Below, one piece after another: positions 36,765 through 47,110 of a stretch of 49,123 bases of DNA (positions are counted from its first letter, which is position 1; each line of letters opens with the position of its first letter). The DNA is from an uncultured bacterium (GTDB taxonomy: Bacteria > Abyssobacteria > SURF-5), in NCBI GenBank assembly GCA_964607485.1, contig CAZSKP010000020.1, positions 1-49,123 on the forward strand, read 5' to 3'. The notes under the pieces are model-generated. The model was given only the letters and a program-made list of their open reading frames with translations, had not been told where the DNA came from and searched no databases. The position numbers and the translations under genes were made by a program.

Positions 36765-38156
36765 ATGATAACCTCCTTTGTTCTAGCGCATCTTGCTCTC
36801 GTTGTAGGGTTCCTGCTTGCTCTGGTCATGTTTCCTCACATGCTCGCACAACGTCGTTCGCCGTCAAGCACGATTGCGTGGCTGTTGGCAATTGCGTTTC
36901 TGCCTTACGTCGGAGTTCCGCTGTATCTGCTGATCGGCGGCCGGAAGATACGGAAAGCATCCCGGGACAAGCCCCCCATCCGCATGACCGACACAGAAGA
37001 GCATACGCCTTTGATCTCTCCGCCGATCAGTCGTCTCCTGAAGAGCTACGGTATTGCCGGCGCGACCGCGCAAAACCGGGTGACCCTGTGCGAGACAGGT
37101 GAGTCGGCTTATGCGACTCTCATCGATTTGATTGAGGGGGCGTCCCGGTCTCTCTACATCACTACGTTCGTCATGCAGGAAGATGACGTCGGGAGAGAGG
37201 TTGTAGATCGATTGGCTCGCCGAGCCGGAGAGGGAGTCCGAGTGCGAGTTCTTCTGGATGGGATCGGATCACTGCACACCAGCAATCGGTTCTTATCGCC
37301 GATTACTGAAGCCGGTGGCAAGACGGCTTTCTTTATCCCTGTGATTCATCAACCCTTTCGTGGACGCACGAACCTCCGCAATCACCGCAAGCTTGTCATC
37401 GCAGATGAAAGACGCGTGATGGCTGGCGGAATGAATATCGGCTGTGAATACATGGGGCCTGCGCCCTCCTCGGCTCGATGGCGCGACCTTGCGTTCACCC
37501 TCGAAGGCCCGGCCTCCCGCCAGTACCTCGCGGTGTGGTGTTCGGACTGGAAGTTTGTAACCGGCGAAGACCTTGGCATGTCAAAGGTCGGCAAACAGGC
37601 AGGCATCGCAAAGGAAGACGGGGCCCTCGCTCAGGTGGTGCCATCGGGACCCGACGTTGCCGCCGACCCCTTGTACGAAGCGATCCTCTCGGCTGTGTAT
37701 GCGGCAGAGAGTCGGATATGGGTGGTGACACCGTACTTTGTTCCGGATGAATCACTGGCACATGCCCTGGAGTTGGCGGTCCACCGCGGAGTTCTGGTTC
37801 ATATTCTCGTACCGGAAAAATCCAACCACCCGCTGGTCGACCTGGCGGGCAGAACATATCTCCGGGAGTTACAGAAGGCAGGCTGCGAAGTTCTTCTCTA
37901 TACCGGCGGCATGATGCACGCCAAGGCGATGACGATAGACGGCACGATTGCGGTGATCGGGTCGGCAAATTTCGACAGGAGAAGCCTCTTTCTGGACTAC
38001 GAGATAGCCTTGTTCCTATACAGCAGGAAGGAAGTCGACGCGGTCGGAACTTGGATTGAGAGCCTTACCGGACGTTCGCGCATTGGCGTCAAGGATCCTG
38101 GCAAGATCAGCAATTTCTGTGAGGAAGTTGTGAAGATGATAACGCCTCTCTTATAG
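36765..38156 (+). CDS. cls: Cardiolipin synthase (phospholipase D family)
   Basis: Two N-terminal TM segments (PLD N-terminal AWLL..LPYVG); HKD motifs NHRKLVIAD and MHAKAMTID; GSANFDRRS. Confidence 0.92.
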   Translation: MITSFVLAHLALVVGFLLALVMFPHMLAQRRSPSSTIAWLLAIAFLPYVGVPLYLLIGGRKIRKASRDKPPIRMTDTEEHTPLISPPISRLLKSYGIAGATAQNRVTLCETGESAYATLIDLIEGASRSLYITTFVMQEDDVGREVVDRLARRAGEGVRVRVLLDGIGSLHTSNRFLSPITEAGGKTAFFIPVIHQPFRGRTNLRNHRKLVIADERRVMAGGMNIGCEYMGPAPSSARWRDLAFTLEGPASRQYLAVWCSDWKFVTGEDLGMSKVGKQAGIAKEDGALAQVVPSGPDVAADPLYEAILSAVYAAESRIWVVTPYFVPDESLAHALELAVHRGVLVHILVPEKSNHPLVDLAGRTYLRELQKAGCEVLLYTGGMMHAKAMTIDGTIAVIGSANFDRRSLFLDYEIALFLYSRKEVDAVGTWIESLTGRSRIGVKDPGKISNFCEEVVKMITPLL

Positions 38157-38327
38157 AGGCAAATCGCTTCAGTCGAAGGTTCCGTGTGCCCGGCTGTGCG
38201 TATGCAATTGCAGGACGAGGCAGTCGAGCGGGAAATCACGCCCGCTTCTATTTCATGCTGCCATTGAGTAGTCAGACCCGTGGCGGGTCCCTCGAATCGT
38301 TACACATGCAAGCCATCTCATCAAGAT

Positions 38328-38356
38328 TTGCCGATTTCTATCGATCTGGATATACT
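38328..38356 (+). promoter_or_regulatory. Putative sigma-70 promoter of ftsH
   Basis: TTGCCG-17 nt-TATACT. Confidence 0.5.
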
Positions 38357-38538
38357 TTACCGGTAGGACTTGAAACTGTCGTCGGGGTGAGTTCTGCCAT
38401 TGCCGAAGACGGGAGAATTTTCTTACGCTCCACCATCGCCCTGGTCGCGAGGATACGTTGCGAGAAGCAGGGAATCCGTCGAAAACACCGGCGTTTGGGT
38501 CTGACGTAGTGGCATAGCGGGTGTGCATCTTGAAAGAC

Positions 38539-40554
38539 ATGGAAAAGAAGAAGCAAGTCGACCTATCCGGAACCGACCCGAAGAAGACAGGGCCAAGCTG
38601 GTTGAACTATCCGTGGCATTCATGGATCTGGTACGTAGTATTGGCAATGGCGATATTGTGGCTGTGGCAGGAAACCTTCCGTCAAGTCGCCGTTCACAAT
38701 ATCGCGTACAGTGAGTTCAAGCAACATCTCGCGAAGGGCGAGGTCGTCGAATGCTCCATTCGCGAGAACGATATCGTCGGCAAGATTGAGCCAAAGGGCA
38801 CAGCCAAACCCGAGGCAGTCCAACCCGCCGTGGGGAAAGAGAAGGCGTCCGCCAAACCTGCAGCTACGCCGGTGTCCACCGAATCCCCAAAAGGCTCCTC
38901 CAAAGCCGGTTCAAAACCGGAAAAGTCAAAGGCTGCCCCGCCTCAGGCGTACGTCTTCCGAACGGAGCGCGTCGAGGATCCGGATTTGGTGCGGGAGCTT
39001 CAAGCAAAGCACGTGAAATTCAGCGGAGCGCATCCGAGCTTCCTGTCGCAATTTTTGTTGACATGGATACTTCCGATCGGTTTGATTCTCTTGCTGTGGC
39101 GGTTCTTGGCGGGCCGTATGCAGGGACTGGGAACATCGATGATGAGTTTCGGTTCGAGCCGAGCAAAGCTGGTCGCCGATGCGGAAACCAACGTCACCTT
39201 TGACGATGTCGCAGGCTGCGAAGAGGTCAAAGAGGAATTGCAGGAAGTCGTCACGTTCCTCAAGGATCCCGACCGTTATCGCCTCCTGGGCGCACAGATT
39301 CCCAAGGGCGTTCTGCTTGTCGGTCCGCCTGGAACCGGCAAGACTCTGCTGGCGCGGGCCGTAGCGGGTGAGGCGCACGTGCCGTTCTACTCGATCAGTG
39401 GAAGCGAATTCGTCGAGATGTTCGTTGGCGTCGGCGCGGCGCGAGTGCGCGATTTATTTCTCCAGGCAAAGACGCATGCGCCCTGCATCGTATTTATTGA
39501 TGAGCTCGACGCCGTTGGCCGCCAACGCGGCGTGCGGGCCGGTGTTGTGAACGACGAGCGTGAGCAGACACTCAACCAGTTGCTGGTCGGCATGGATGGG
39601 TTCGAGGCCAATGTCGGTGTCGTTGTGCTCGCCGCCACCAATCGCCCCGAAGTGCTCGACCGCGCACTGCTTCGCCCCGGCCGATTCGACCGGCAGGTAG
39701 TGGTGGATGCGCCCGATCTCAATGGTCGCGAGGCGATTCTCAAGCTTCACGCGCGCGGCAAGCCTCTGGCCGGAGACGGCGATCTTCGGAGGATTGCACA
39801 GGAAACGCCGGGTTTTTCCGGGGCCGATCTCGCGAACGTGGTCAATGAAGCCGCCCTGCTGGCCGCCCGACGCAACGCGAAGGAGATTACGCAGTCTGAC
39901 CTGCAGGAGGCCGTCGAGAAAGTCGTTGCAGGACCTGAGCGCAAGAGCCGGCGCCTCAGCGAGGAAGACAAGCGCCGCGTCGCGTATCACGAAAGCGGTC
40001 ACGCGCTGGTCGCAGCTTACAGTAAACACGCCGACATGTTGCAGAAGATCAGCATTGTCCCGCGTGGTCGTGCGGCGCTCGGCTACACGCTGCAGTTACC
40101 CCAGGACGATCAGTATCTCCGGAGTCGCTCAGAACTGATCGACAAGGTCAACGGTCTGCTCGGTGGAAGAGCGGCGGAGGAGGTCGTGTTCAACGAGATC
40201 AGCACCGGCGCGGAGAACGATCTGGAACAGGCCACGATCATCGCACGACAGATGGTCACGATCTTTGGCATGAGCGATTCGGCGGGATTGGCGCATTGGG
40301 GAAGTCAGCCCAATCAGCTTGTCCCCTGGATGGGTGACGGCAGTCTGTCGAGAGATTGCAGCGAAGCCACTGCACGCATGATCGACGAAGAAGTGCGTAA
40401 GATATTGGATGATGCGCACGGGGAGGCAAAGCGAATTCTGCAGGAGCATCGCGACCAACTGGACCTCGTGGCCAAGGAGCTCCTGCAACGCGAAACCATG
40501 GATGCGCAGACGTTCAAGGAATTGATAGAACAGAAGCAAGAAGCAGCCCAGTGA
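38539..40554 (+). CDS. ftsH: ATP-dependent zinc metalloprotease FtsH
   Basis: Two TM segments; [39 protein letters not shown]; start set at the ATG of MEKKKQ. Confidence 0.97.
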   Translation: MEKKKQVDLSGTDPKKTGPSWLNYPWHSWIWYVVLAMAILWLWQETFRQVAVHNIAYSEFKQHLAKGEVVECSIRENDIVGKIEPKGTAKPEAVQPAVGKEKASAKPAATPVSTESPKGSSKAGSKPEKSKAAPPQAYVFRTERVEDPDLVRELQAKHVKFSGAHPSFLSQFLLTWILPIGLILLLWRFLAGRMQGLGTSMMSFGSSRAKLVADAETNVTFDDVAGCEEVKEELQEVVTFLKDPDRYRLLGAQIPKGVLLVGPPGTGKTLLARAVAGEAHVPFYSISGSEFVEMFVGVGAARVRDLFLQAKTHAPCIVFIDELDAVGRQRGVRAGVVNDEREQTLNQLLVGMDGFEANVGVVVLAATNRPEVLDRALLRPGRFDRQVVVDAPDLNGREAILKLHARGKPLAGDGDLRRIAQETPGFSGADLANVVNEAALLAARRNAKEITQSDLQEAVEKVVAGPERKSRRLSEEDKRRVAYHESGHALVAAYSKHADMLQKISIVPRGRAALGYTLQLPQDDQYLRSRSELIDKVNGLLGGRAAEEVVFNEISTGAENDLEQATIIARQMVTIFGMSDSAGLAHWGSQPNQLVPWMGDGSLSRDCSEATARMIDEEVRKILDDAHGEAKRILQEHRDQLDLVAKELLQRETMDAQTFKELIEQKQEAAQ

Positions 40555-41049
40555 AAGGGGACCGTGACCGACTCCCATGAAACCGCTCTATTCGGAACGG
40601 GAGAGATTTCGGATAGAATGCTCGTTGCCGGGAGGGACCGCGAACTGATATATATCTCATACCAGGTAAAGTCCGCACCTATTTTGCTGCATCAATAAAC
40701 AAAGATTCTACCAAGAATCTTCAGGTACTCTTCCCTACGGAAAGGTCTAGGTAACGTTTTCTAGGATGCACCCTCCGAAGGCCTCCATAAAATCTTCTCT
40801 TCTCTGACAAATCAAGAAAATCCCCCTTCAACTCTGCCCTCCATTGAATGTTGTTCCGACATATTATTGCCTTCTTGTAAGAACTGCGAAATATCTACCT
40901 TTCTTCTCAGTACCGTGTGAAACGCTTGGATTGACAACGACGACTGGCCCCAAGATATAATTGACCAGCGCCGGTTCTCACGATTTTCTTGAGAAGGGAC
41001 AAGCATTTGTGCGTACGTATAGAAGGAGAAAAGTCAGGAGGGTGAGAGA

Positions 41050-41937
41050 ATGCATTACGAAACGATCTTGTATAGAACGAGCGGAAAAATTGCCACGGTC
41101 ACCCTGAATCGACCAGAAAAGTTCAATACCATCCGGCCGCCAATGCCGGAAGAGCTTGAGAAGGCCATCGCCGAGGCGAACGCCGATGAAAATGTTCGTG
41201 TAATTATTTTGGAGGGTGCGGGCAAATCTTTCTGCGCAGGCTTTGATTTCTCGGGGAATTTAGAACACTTCTCCGGCTGGGGCATGAAAAGCGGAGCCGA
41301 AGCGTGGGATCCGGGACGCGACATGATGACCGTCACTAGTCCGTTCATTGGGCCCATCCCAAAGTTTATGAGCATTTGGCGCAGCCCAAAGCCCGTCATT
41401 GCTCGCGTGCACGGATGGTGCGTGGGCGGTGGCACCGACATGGCGCTTCTTGCGGACGTCATCATATCTACCGAAGATGCCCGATTTGGAACTCCATATT
41501 CGCGCGTGTGGGGGTGCTACCTGAGCGGCTTGTGGATATACCGCTTGGGCTTAACGAAGGTAAAGCTGCTGGCGCTCACGGGCGATTCCATCAGCGGAAA
41601 AGAAGCTGAGGAAATCGGCTTGATCAATAAGGCCTATCCCGCGGAACAGCTCGACGAGATGGTAGGGTACTGGGCGAACCGAATGGCACAATGCCCCACC
41701 GCGCAACTAGCCGCAATGAAACTCGTCATCAATCAAGCTTATGACAACATGGGGCTTCACGGCACGCAACTCCTGGGCTGTATCCTGGATGGATATATGC
41801 GCAACATACCGGAAGGATTGGAGTTCGTCCGTGTTGCCATGGAAAAGGGTGTGGGGGAAGCGGTTGTACGGCGCGACGGGCCTTTCGGCGATTATAGCCA
41901 GGGACCGCCGGAACTCAAGCCTTCGAGAACTCCTTGA
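41050..41937 (+). CDS. Crotonase/enoyl-CoA hydratase superfamily protein
   Basis: TLNRPEKFN, GKSFCAGFD, KPVIARVHGWCVGGG, ALTGDSISGKEAEEIGLIN. Confidence 0.92.
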   Translation: MHYETILYRTSGKIATVTLNRPEKFNTIRPPMPEELEKAIAEANADENVRVIILEGAGKSFCAGFDFSGNLEHFSGWGMKSGAEAWDPGRDMMTVTSPFIGPIPKFMSIWRSPKPVIARVHGWCVGGGTDMALLADVIISTEDARFGTPYSRVWGCYLSGLWIYRLGLTKVKLLALTGDSISGKEAEEIGLINKAYPAEQLDEMVGYWANRMAQCPTAQLAAMKLVINQAYDNMGLHGTQLLGCILDGYMRNIPEGLEFVRVAMEKGVGEAVVRRDGPFGDYSQGPPELKPSRTP

Positions 41938-42160
41938 ACTACCAGATACCCGAAACGGAAACAGACCGCCGGACTGGCATGACAGGCATAGGGTCATAAC
42001 ATTGACAAAGTCAAACATCGCGTGCAGTCAAAGGTCTCAGTTGTCTGCGTCCTGAATAACTCCAATTGTTTTCTCGAAGTTGCATTTCAATCATTCGGCA
42101 AGAAGAGTCATCAGTTCGTTTTCAAATCTGCACTCAGAGACCTTCCCATGACTTAATCTA

Positions 42161-42367
42161 TCCCCTATACCCCCGCTTGGGCAAACTCTTCGGGTATGGT
42201 ACCTATTTGGTTCCGCCAGATTATCAGATTTCAAATCGAGGTTAGGTTACAATGCCCCACCGGGGGAAACGTCGAAGTGACTTCCGCTCTGCGAGCGACC
42301 GAAAGCGGCATTTCCGGAAGAGCGGACTATCCTTTTTCCTTTTTCACTGAGGGACCGGGGGGACCCC
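42161..42367 (+). repeat. Copy 2 of the ~200-bp module; a partial third copy of its 5' motif lies at 42452-42496
   Basis: cagattatcagatttcaaatcg at 42217-42238; CCCCTATACCCCC at 42162 and 42452, each followed by gtacctatt. Confidence 0.85.
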
Positions 42368-42547
42368 ACAAAAGGGACTCCGGAAGCGTGGAAGGATGTG
42401 GACGCATTTTCGAGGGAGTGGGTTTTCTGAAAAAAGTCTATTTTTTTCAGCCCCCTATACCCCCTTGAGACAGTTCCTCCCCATAGAGTACCTATTGAGG
42501 TCTCGCGGATGAAGGACTTTCGGGTTCTGCTTAGTGGTGCAACTATC

Positions 42548-42608
42548 GTGATGAGAATCTTGACTTTCGCCCTTTTGTTCGGGCTTGCGAATTCGGACGA
42601 AAGTTGCA
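42548..42608 (+). repeat. Copy 2 of the ~60-bp module
   Basis: Aligns almost without gaps to 36369-36430. Confidence 0.8.
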
Positions 42609-42856
42609 CTGAGCCGGGGTGAAGAATATCCGCCTCTCGTGATTGAACCTTCACTACTCTGAATGTGAATCAACAGGAGTACCTGAAGGAAGGCAAGCAG
42701 GTGGGTCGCACATAATGAGAGCAGATAGCCTTTCTCGGGGTGCCTCTGGGTGGCAGATAATGCTCTTCAATTTATCTAAGCTAAACCTGTTATTCATGAA
42801 TCATTTGTTTCCCTTTTGACAAAACCTAAACCGTGTGATTTAATCTCGGCTGCGGG

Positions 42857-43106
42857 ATGTCACCGTTGCACAGCTTCCACACCTTACTGAAAGATCTGAT
42901 GACTATCGTCAAGAACCACCTTGAGCCCAAACACCCCAATCTCTGTGCCTTTGACAAGATGCCCCAGCCAACGCCGCTGCAACAACGAGCTTTGGATTTG
43001 CTCGGTGTTCGATTATATTGTTTCCAGTACGGGAACATGGCCTTTGGCTATAACCGTCCAAATGAAAAGGGCTTACCGCAAAAATGCATCAGGGACTTCG
43101 GGCTAA
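42857..43106 (+). mobile_element. IS1634-family remnant: transposase C-terminus and probable right end
   Basis: PLHSFHTLLKDLMTIVKN...PTPLQQRALDLLGVRL resembles the IS1634 C-terminal signature; ends at gggacttcgggctaa. Confidence 0.72.
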
Positions 43107-43110
43107 AGCG

Positions 43111-43506
43111 CCGACCGACCCGGCCAAAATCAAGGCGTTCGTCGAAGAAATGAGGCGGTTGATGAAAGAATAGCCCAATTTCTTCGAGTTGTATCTTATA
43201 CAGAGGCATCAGGTGGAGGCTGGGCTTTCACCGGAACTCAGAGCCCGGGTCAATGCGAAGCACAGGAAGGTGGAAAGCGTGTTCCGGGACTTCTATCGTC
43301 AAGGGGTGGAAAGGGGGGAGGTCCGCAACATAAGCGTCAAGGACGCCTCAAATCTCTTTTTCGCTCGGATCACGGGCATGATGCTTTTGCACGAATACTA
43401 CGAAGAGGAGTTTGATGTCACGCTTGACGAGCGCCTTGACAAGTCGCTTCAGCCATTTCTCGATTTTATCGAGAAAGTAAATTGTCGGCAAAGAACGTTA
43501 CCGTAG
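43111..43506 (+). pseudogene. 5'-truncated TetR/AcrR-like regulator (ligand-binding half only)
   Basis: PTDPAKIKAFVEEMRRLMKE*PNFFELYL..YRQGVERGEVRN..; no HTH, in-frame TAG, abuts the IS end. Confidence 0.65.
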
Positions 43507-43525
43507 CGGGAAAGGAGCCGTCATT

Positions 43526-44404
43526 ATGAAGGTCGACATGCTCAATCCAGACAAGGTGATTATTACTGCAGCCATTACCGGCGGTGCACACGGCAAGTTT
43601 GCCAACGAGGCGCTCCCTCAGCAGCCCGACGAGCAGGCGCAAGCGGCCTACGACTGTTACAATGCGGGCGCGGCGGTGGTGCATCTTCACGTGAGAGACA
43701 AGAGGGGCCTCAGCACGCCGGACCTGAATGTTTACAACGAGGCCATCACCAAGATTCGGGCGAAGTGTCCCATCATCTGCCAGGTCGGAAACGGCATCGG
43801 CGCCGTCATGGACGAAAACTGGAATCCCCGCCTCGCCACGCAGGAAGAGAGGATGAATCTGCTCAATATCGAGCCGAAGCCGGAAATGCTGACTATCAAT
43901 GCGGGCACCTTCACCTTCGTGACCAACCTCGGGACCATTCTATTTCTGAACCCGCCGGATTTCAACGAGGAGTTCGTGACAGGCTGCAGCGAACGAGGTG
44001 TAGGGATTGAGTGTGAAGTGTACGACGTGGGCCACGTGGCCAACATTCTCAACCTGGCGGAGAAAGGCGTCCTTGAATCGCCCATCCACTTCAGCTTTGT
44101 GCTCGGCATCGGAGGAGGGATTCCCGCCACCCCGGAAAACCTGCTTCGCCTGGTGGACGAGATTCCCGAAGGCTCCTCCTGGCAGGTCATTACCATCGGC
44201 AAACACCATCTTCCCATGACCATGCTCGGCATGAGCATGGGCGCAAACATCAGGACGGGAATGGAGGACACGATTTACTACTCAAAAGGCGAGCTGGCCA
44301 AGAGCAATGCGCAACTCGTAGAGAGAGTGGTTCGCATGGCACATGAAATGGGCCGAGAGGCGGCGACTGTCGAAGAAGCCAAACAGATGCTGCATCTCTC
44401 ATGA
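43526..44404 (+). CDS. Beta-keto acid cleavage enzyme family protein (BKACE/DUF849, Kce-like)
   Basis: IITAAITG, GAAVVHLHVRD, ECEVYDVGH, IRTGMED, SNAQLVER. Confidence 0.92.
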   Translation: MKVDMLNPDKVIITAAITGGAHGKFANEALPQQPDEQAQAAYDCYNAGAAVVHLHVRDKRGLSTPDLNVYNEAITKIRAKCPIICQVGNGIGAVMDENWNPRLATQEERMNLLNIEPKPEMLTINAGTFTFVTNLGTILFLNPPDFNEEFVTGCSERGVGIECEVYDVGHVANILNLAEKGVLESPIHFSFVLGIGGGIPATPENLLRLVDEIPEGSSWQVITIGKHHLPMTMLGMSMGANIRTGMEDTIYYSKGELAKSNAQLVERVVRMAHEMGREAATVEEAKQMLHLS

Positions 44405-44451
44405 TTCGAGAAAAGAACTCCCGCAGCGCGGACTTGACAGAGGGTAAGAAG

Positions 44452-45468
44452 ATGAAACTCACGATTCTGGGAGCTGGCGCCATCGGTGGCATTTGCGGCG
44501 CCTATCTGACCAGGGCCGGAAGAGAAGTGACCATGGTGGAGCCTTACAAGGAGCATCGAGAGCGGATCAGGGAAGGGGTTTACATCGACGGCGTGCGCGG
44601 CGAGCTGACGGTGCCCTTGAACGCGGTCGTGGCCGAAGAGCTCACGGGGTCGCTCGGCCTGGTGTTGCTGGCGGTCAAATCCGCCAAGACTCTCGAAGCC
44701 CTGGAAAGCATCAGACCGCTCCTTGAGTCAGACACCACGATAGTCTCGCTTCAAAATGGAATCAATGAGGACAGAATCGCATCGGCGGTCGGCCCGGAAC
44801 GGGTTGTCGGATGCAGCATTGGCTGGGGTGCCACCTATGTCAGTCCCGGCCACCTGAGCCAAACCTCCGAAGGAAAATTCATAATCGGCGAGTTGAGCGG
44901 TGAGATGAGTGGCCGTATCGAGTCGGTCAAGAGCGTACTCGATGATATTACCGAGACAACACTCACCTCAAATATCTATGGACATCTCTGGACCAAACTC
45001 GCTATGAACTGCGTGATCGCCGGCTGCGCCGTTTTGGGTTTGACCGTAGGTGAGACGCTGGGACCTGAAAGAAACAAGCGGCTCTTCATCAAGCTCATCC
45101 ATGAGGTAATCCGTACGGCCGAGGCGTGCGGGGTGACAATGGAGAAGTATGAGGACGTTGTGGACCCGTATGTTTTCAAACGAAGCGACGAAGAAGGAGT
45201 CAAATTGTGCTTCCAGATACTCGACATGGTGGGCGCTATCCACGGGCGCGTCAAACCCGGCCCTCTCCAGGATATTGAAAAGCGGATCAAGACGGAAGTG
45301 GATTATATTACGGGTTACTGTGTTGACAGGGCTCGGGAGAAGAACGTGCCGGTTCCGATCAACACGACGGTGCGCGAAATTATCAAGAAGATAGAAGCCA
45401 GTCAAGCGACTCCTTCATCAAAGAACTTGTCCGAGCTCGAGGCCGCCGCAAACGGCAAAGATCCTTGA
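44452..45468 (+). CDS. Ketopantoate reductase (PanE/ApbA) family oxidoreductase
   Basis: LGAGAIGG, LLAVKS, SLQNGI, LWTKLAMN, LQDIEKRIKTEVDYITG. Confidence 0.88.
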   Translation: MKLTILGAGAIGGICGAYLTRAGREVTMVEPYKEHRERIREGVYIDGVRGELTVPLNAVVAEELTGSLGLVLLAVKSAKTLEALESIRPLLESDTTIVSLQNGINEDRIASAVGPERVVGCSIGWGATYVSPGHLSQTSEGKFIIGELSGEMSGRIESVKSVLDDITETTLTSNIYGHLWTKLAMNCVIAGCAVLGLTVGETLGPERNKRLFIKLIHEVIRTAEACGVTMEKYEDVVDPYVFKRSDEEGVKLCFQILDMVGAIHGRVKPGPLQDIEKRIKTEVDYITGYCVDRAREKNVPVPINTTVREIIKKIEASQATPSSKNLSELEAAANGKDP

Positions 45469-45604
45469 CATCGAAACCAACAACTCAGTTTCCTAAACGA
45501 GTTGTCGAACGCATGAATAATTTCGCAACCAGCGGAGGCCGATGTGGTTTGCAGATCCGCATCACCCCACGGCAGGTTTCTCGGGAACTGATGGGAGGTT
45601 TAGC

Positions 45605-46348
45605 ATGGATTTTTCAGGCAAGAATGTTATCGTTACCGGGGCCGGTTCTGGAATCGGTCGCGCGACGGCCGAACTGTTTGCGAAGAAAGGGGCGCGTGTC
45701 GCCGTGGCTGACAGAAACATCGATGGCGCCAGGGAAGTTGTGGAAGCCATCTCCGGCTCCGGTGGCAACGCCCTCGCGGTCGAATGCGACGTCACCTCGA
45801 AACGGAATATCACCGAGCACTTCGGCGAGCTGTTGGCGGAGTGGGGTCAAGTGCATGTGCTTGTGAACAATGCCGGCGGCGGCCTTCCGGGAACGATTGA
45901 GGATATCGACGAAGACGTATGGGACATGTTATTCAAGCTGAATGTGAACAGCACTCTACTGTGTTCGCAGGCACTCGTCTCGTCCATGAAGGAGGCGAGA
46001 TACGGTCGCATAGTTAACGTGGCGTCACTGGCCGGCCGAAGCAAGAGCGTGCTGGCCGGGCTTCACTACGGATCATCAAAAGCGGCGGTTATTGGTCTGA
46101 CCCGCAACCTCGCCTATGATCTCGGTCCGTTCGGCATCACAGTCAACGCGATCTGTCCGGGGCCTATCGCCACCCCGCTCACAGCCGGGATGCTTGAACA
46201 AAGAGAACAACATCTACAGCTGATTCCGCTGCGAAGGTGGGGCGCGGCTGAAGATTGCGCGGGCGCTATTTTGTTCCTCGCCTCCGATTACGCTTCCTAT
46301 ATTACCGGAGTCGCACTTGATGTCAACGGCGGCCAGTTCATGGCGTGA
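45605..46348 (+). CDS. SDR family oxidoreductase (FabG-like)
   Basis: TGAGSGIG, NNAG, NVAS, YGSSK, NAICPG; GGAGG RBS. Confidence 0.93.
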   Translation: MDFSGKNVIVTGAGSGIGRATAELFAKKGARVAVADRNIDGAREVVEAISGSGGNALAVECDVTSKRNITEHFGELLAEWGQVHVLVNNAGGGLPGTIEDIDEDVWDMLFKLNVNSTLLCSQALVSSMKEARYGRIVNVASLAGRSKSVLAGLHYGSSKAAVIGLTRNLAYDLGPFGITVNAICPGPIATPLTAGMLEQREQHLQLIPLRRWGAAEDCAGAILFLASDYASYITGVALDVNGGQFMA

Positions 46349-46661
46349 GAACTCTCAGGGCCATCGCGGGAGACTCCGAGAGAATTGCGTTTCACAAGAT
46401 ACCGAGGGGATGGTATAAGCTTTGCAAATGAACGGTGTATGTCGTCAAGCCATTAGGGACACTTTGGTCCACCAACGTACAATAGGCTTGGAAGAATGAC
46501 TGGAAAGACAATCTCCCGCCGAAATTCGTTAAGATGCACATGGCACACAACACTAGGTGTCTATAACTTTGTCGAGAGATTCCACAGGTCGATTTACATA
46601 TCCCATATATTTTCCACATGTGGCGAAAGCGAAGATCAATGCAACGAATCAGGCGCTGGTG

Positions 46662-47110
46662 TCATATTTGGAATCGAACGAAACCGCAATTGCGGTTTGG
46701 ATGGTACCCTGTTGGAGAAAATGAGCCTAAACAAATGATCCCATCATCTCCCATGGGCCAATACCCGGCGAGCAACATAGGCGAACGGAATAGAGTCCCC
46801 AGAATAACAGTTGAAAACTTGACTTTTCCACCCCCTTCAAGAGTATACCTTTCACCCATTCGGTTGTTCAAATATCGCTCTCGGTGAGTGAAGTTTTCGT
46901 TTTCTATTCCGCACACTTGCCCGAGTCTGCGAAGCCTTTCTTTGAGATTCCAAATCTGCGAAACCCCTGTGATGCGTATTCTTCACTTTCCGACTTTTTC
47001 TGAGTGAAAAATAGTCGGGTGAAAGTTGCGGTCGGCGAGGTGAAGAATAATAGGGTCTCAAGGCAAACCTTCAGTGGGCACTTGCGTTTTTTCTCAAGAC
47101 GACCGTACAT
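46662..47110 (-). pseudogene. Frameshifted gene remnant of unknown family, paralogous to 48772-49092
   Basis: CGIENENFTHRERYLNNRMGERYTLEG versus CRKENVFFTRRERYLNERIGGSYTFEG. Confidence 0.55.

Noticed and set aside
40560-40920. Gene remnant after ftsH
   Set aside because: The three minus-strand frames I translated contain stops and no recognisable motif; it cannot be assigned
42162-42496. CRISPR or iteron array from repeated CCCCTATACCCCC
   Set aside because: Only two local copies 290 bp apart; no regular repeat-spacer period and no cas genes
42781-42840. Left terminal inverted repeat of the IS remnant (ctaaacc twice)
   Set aside because: Matches the putative right end over only a few bases; not enough support
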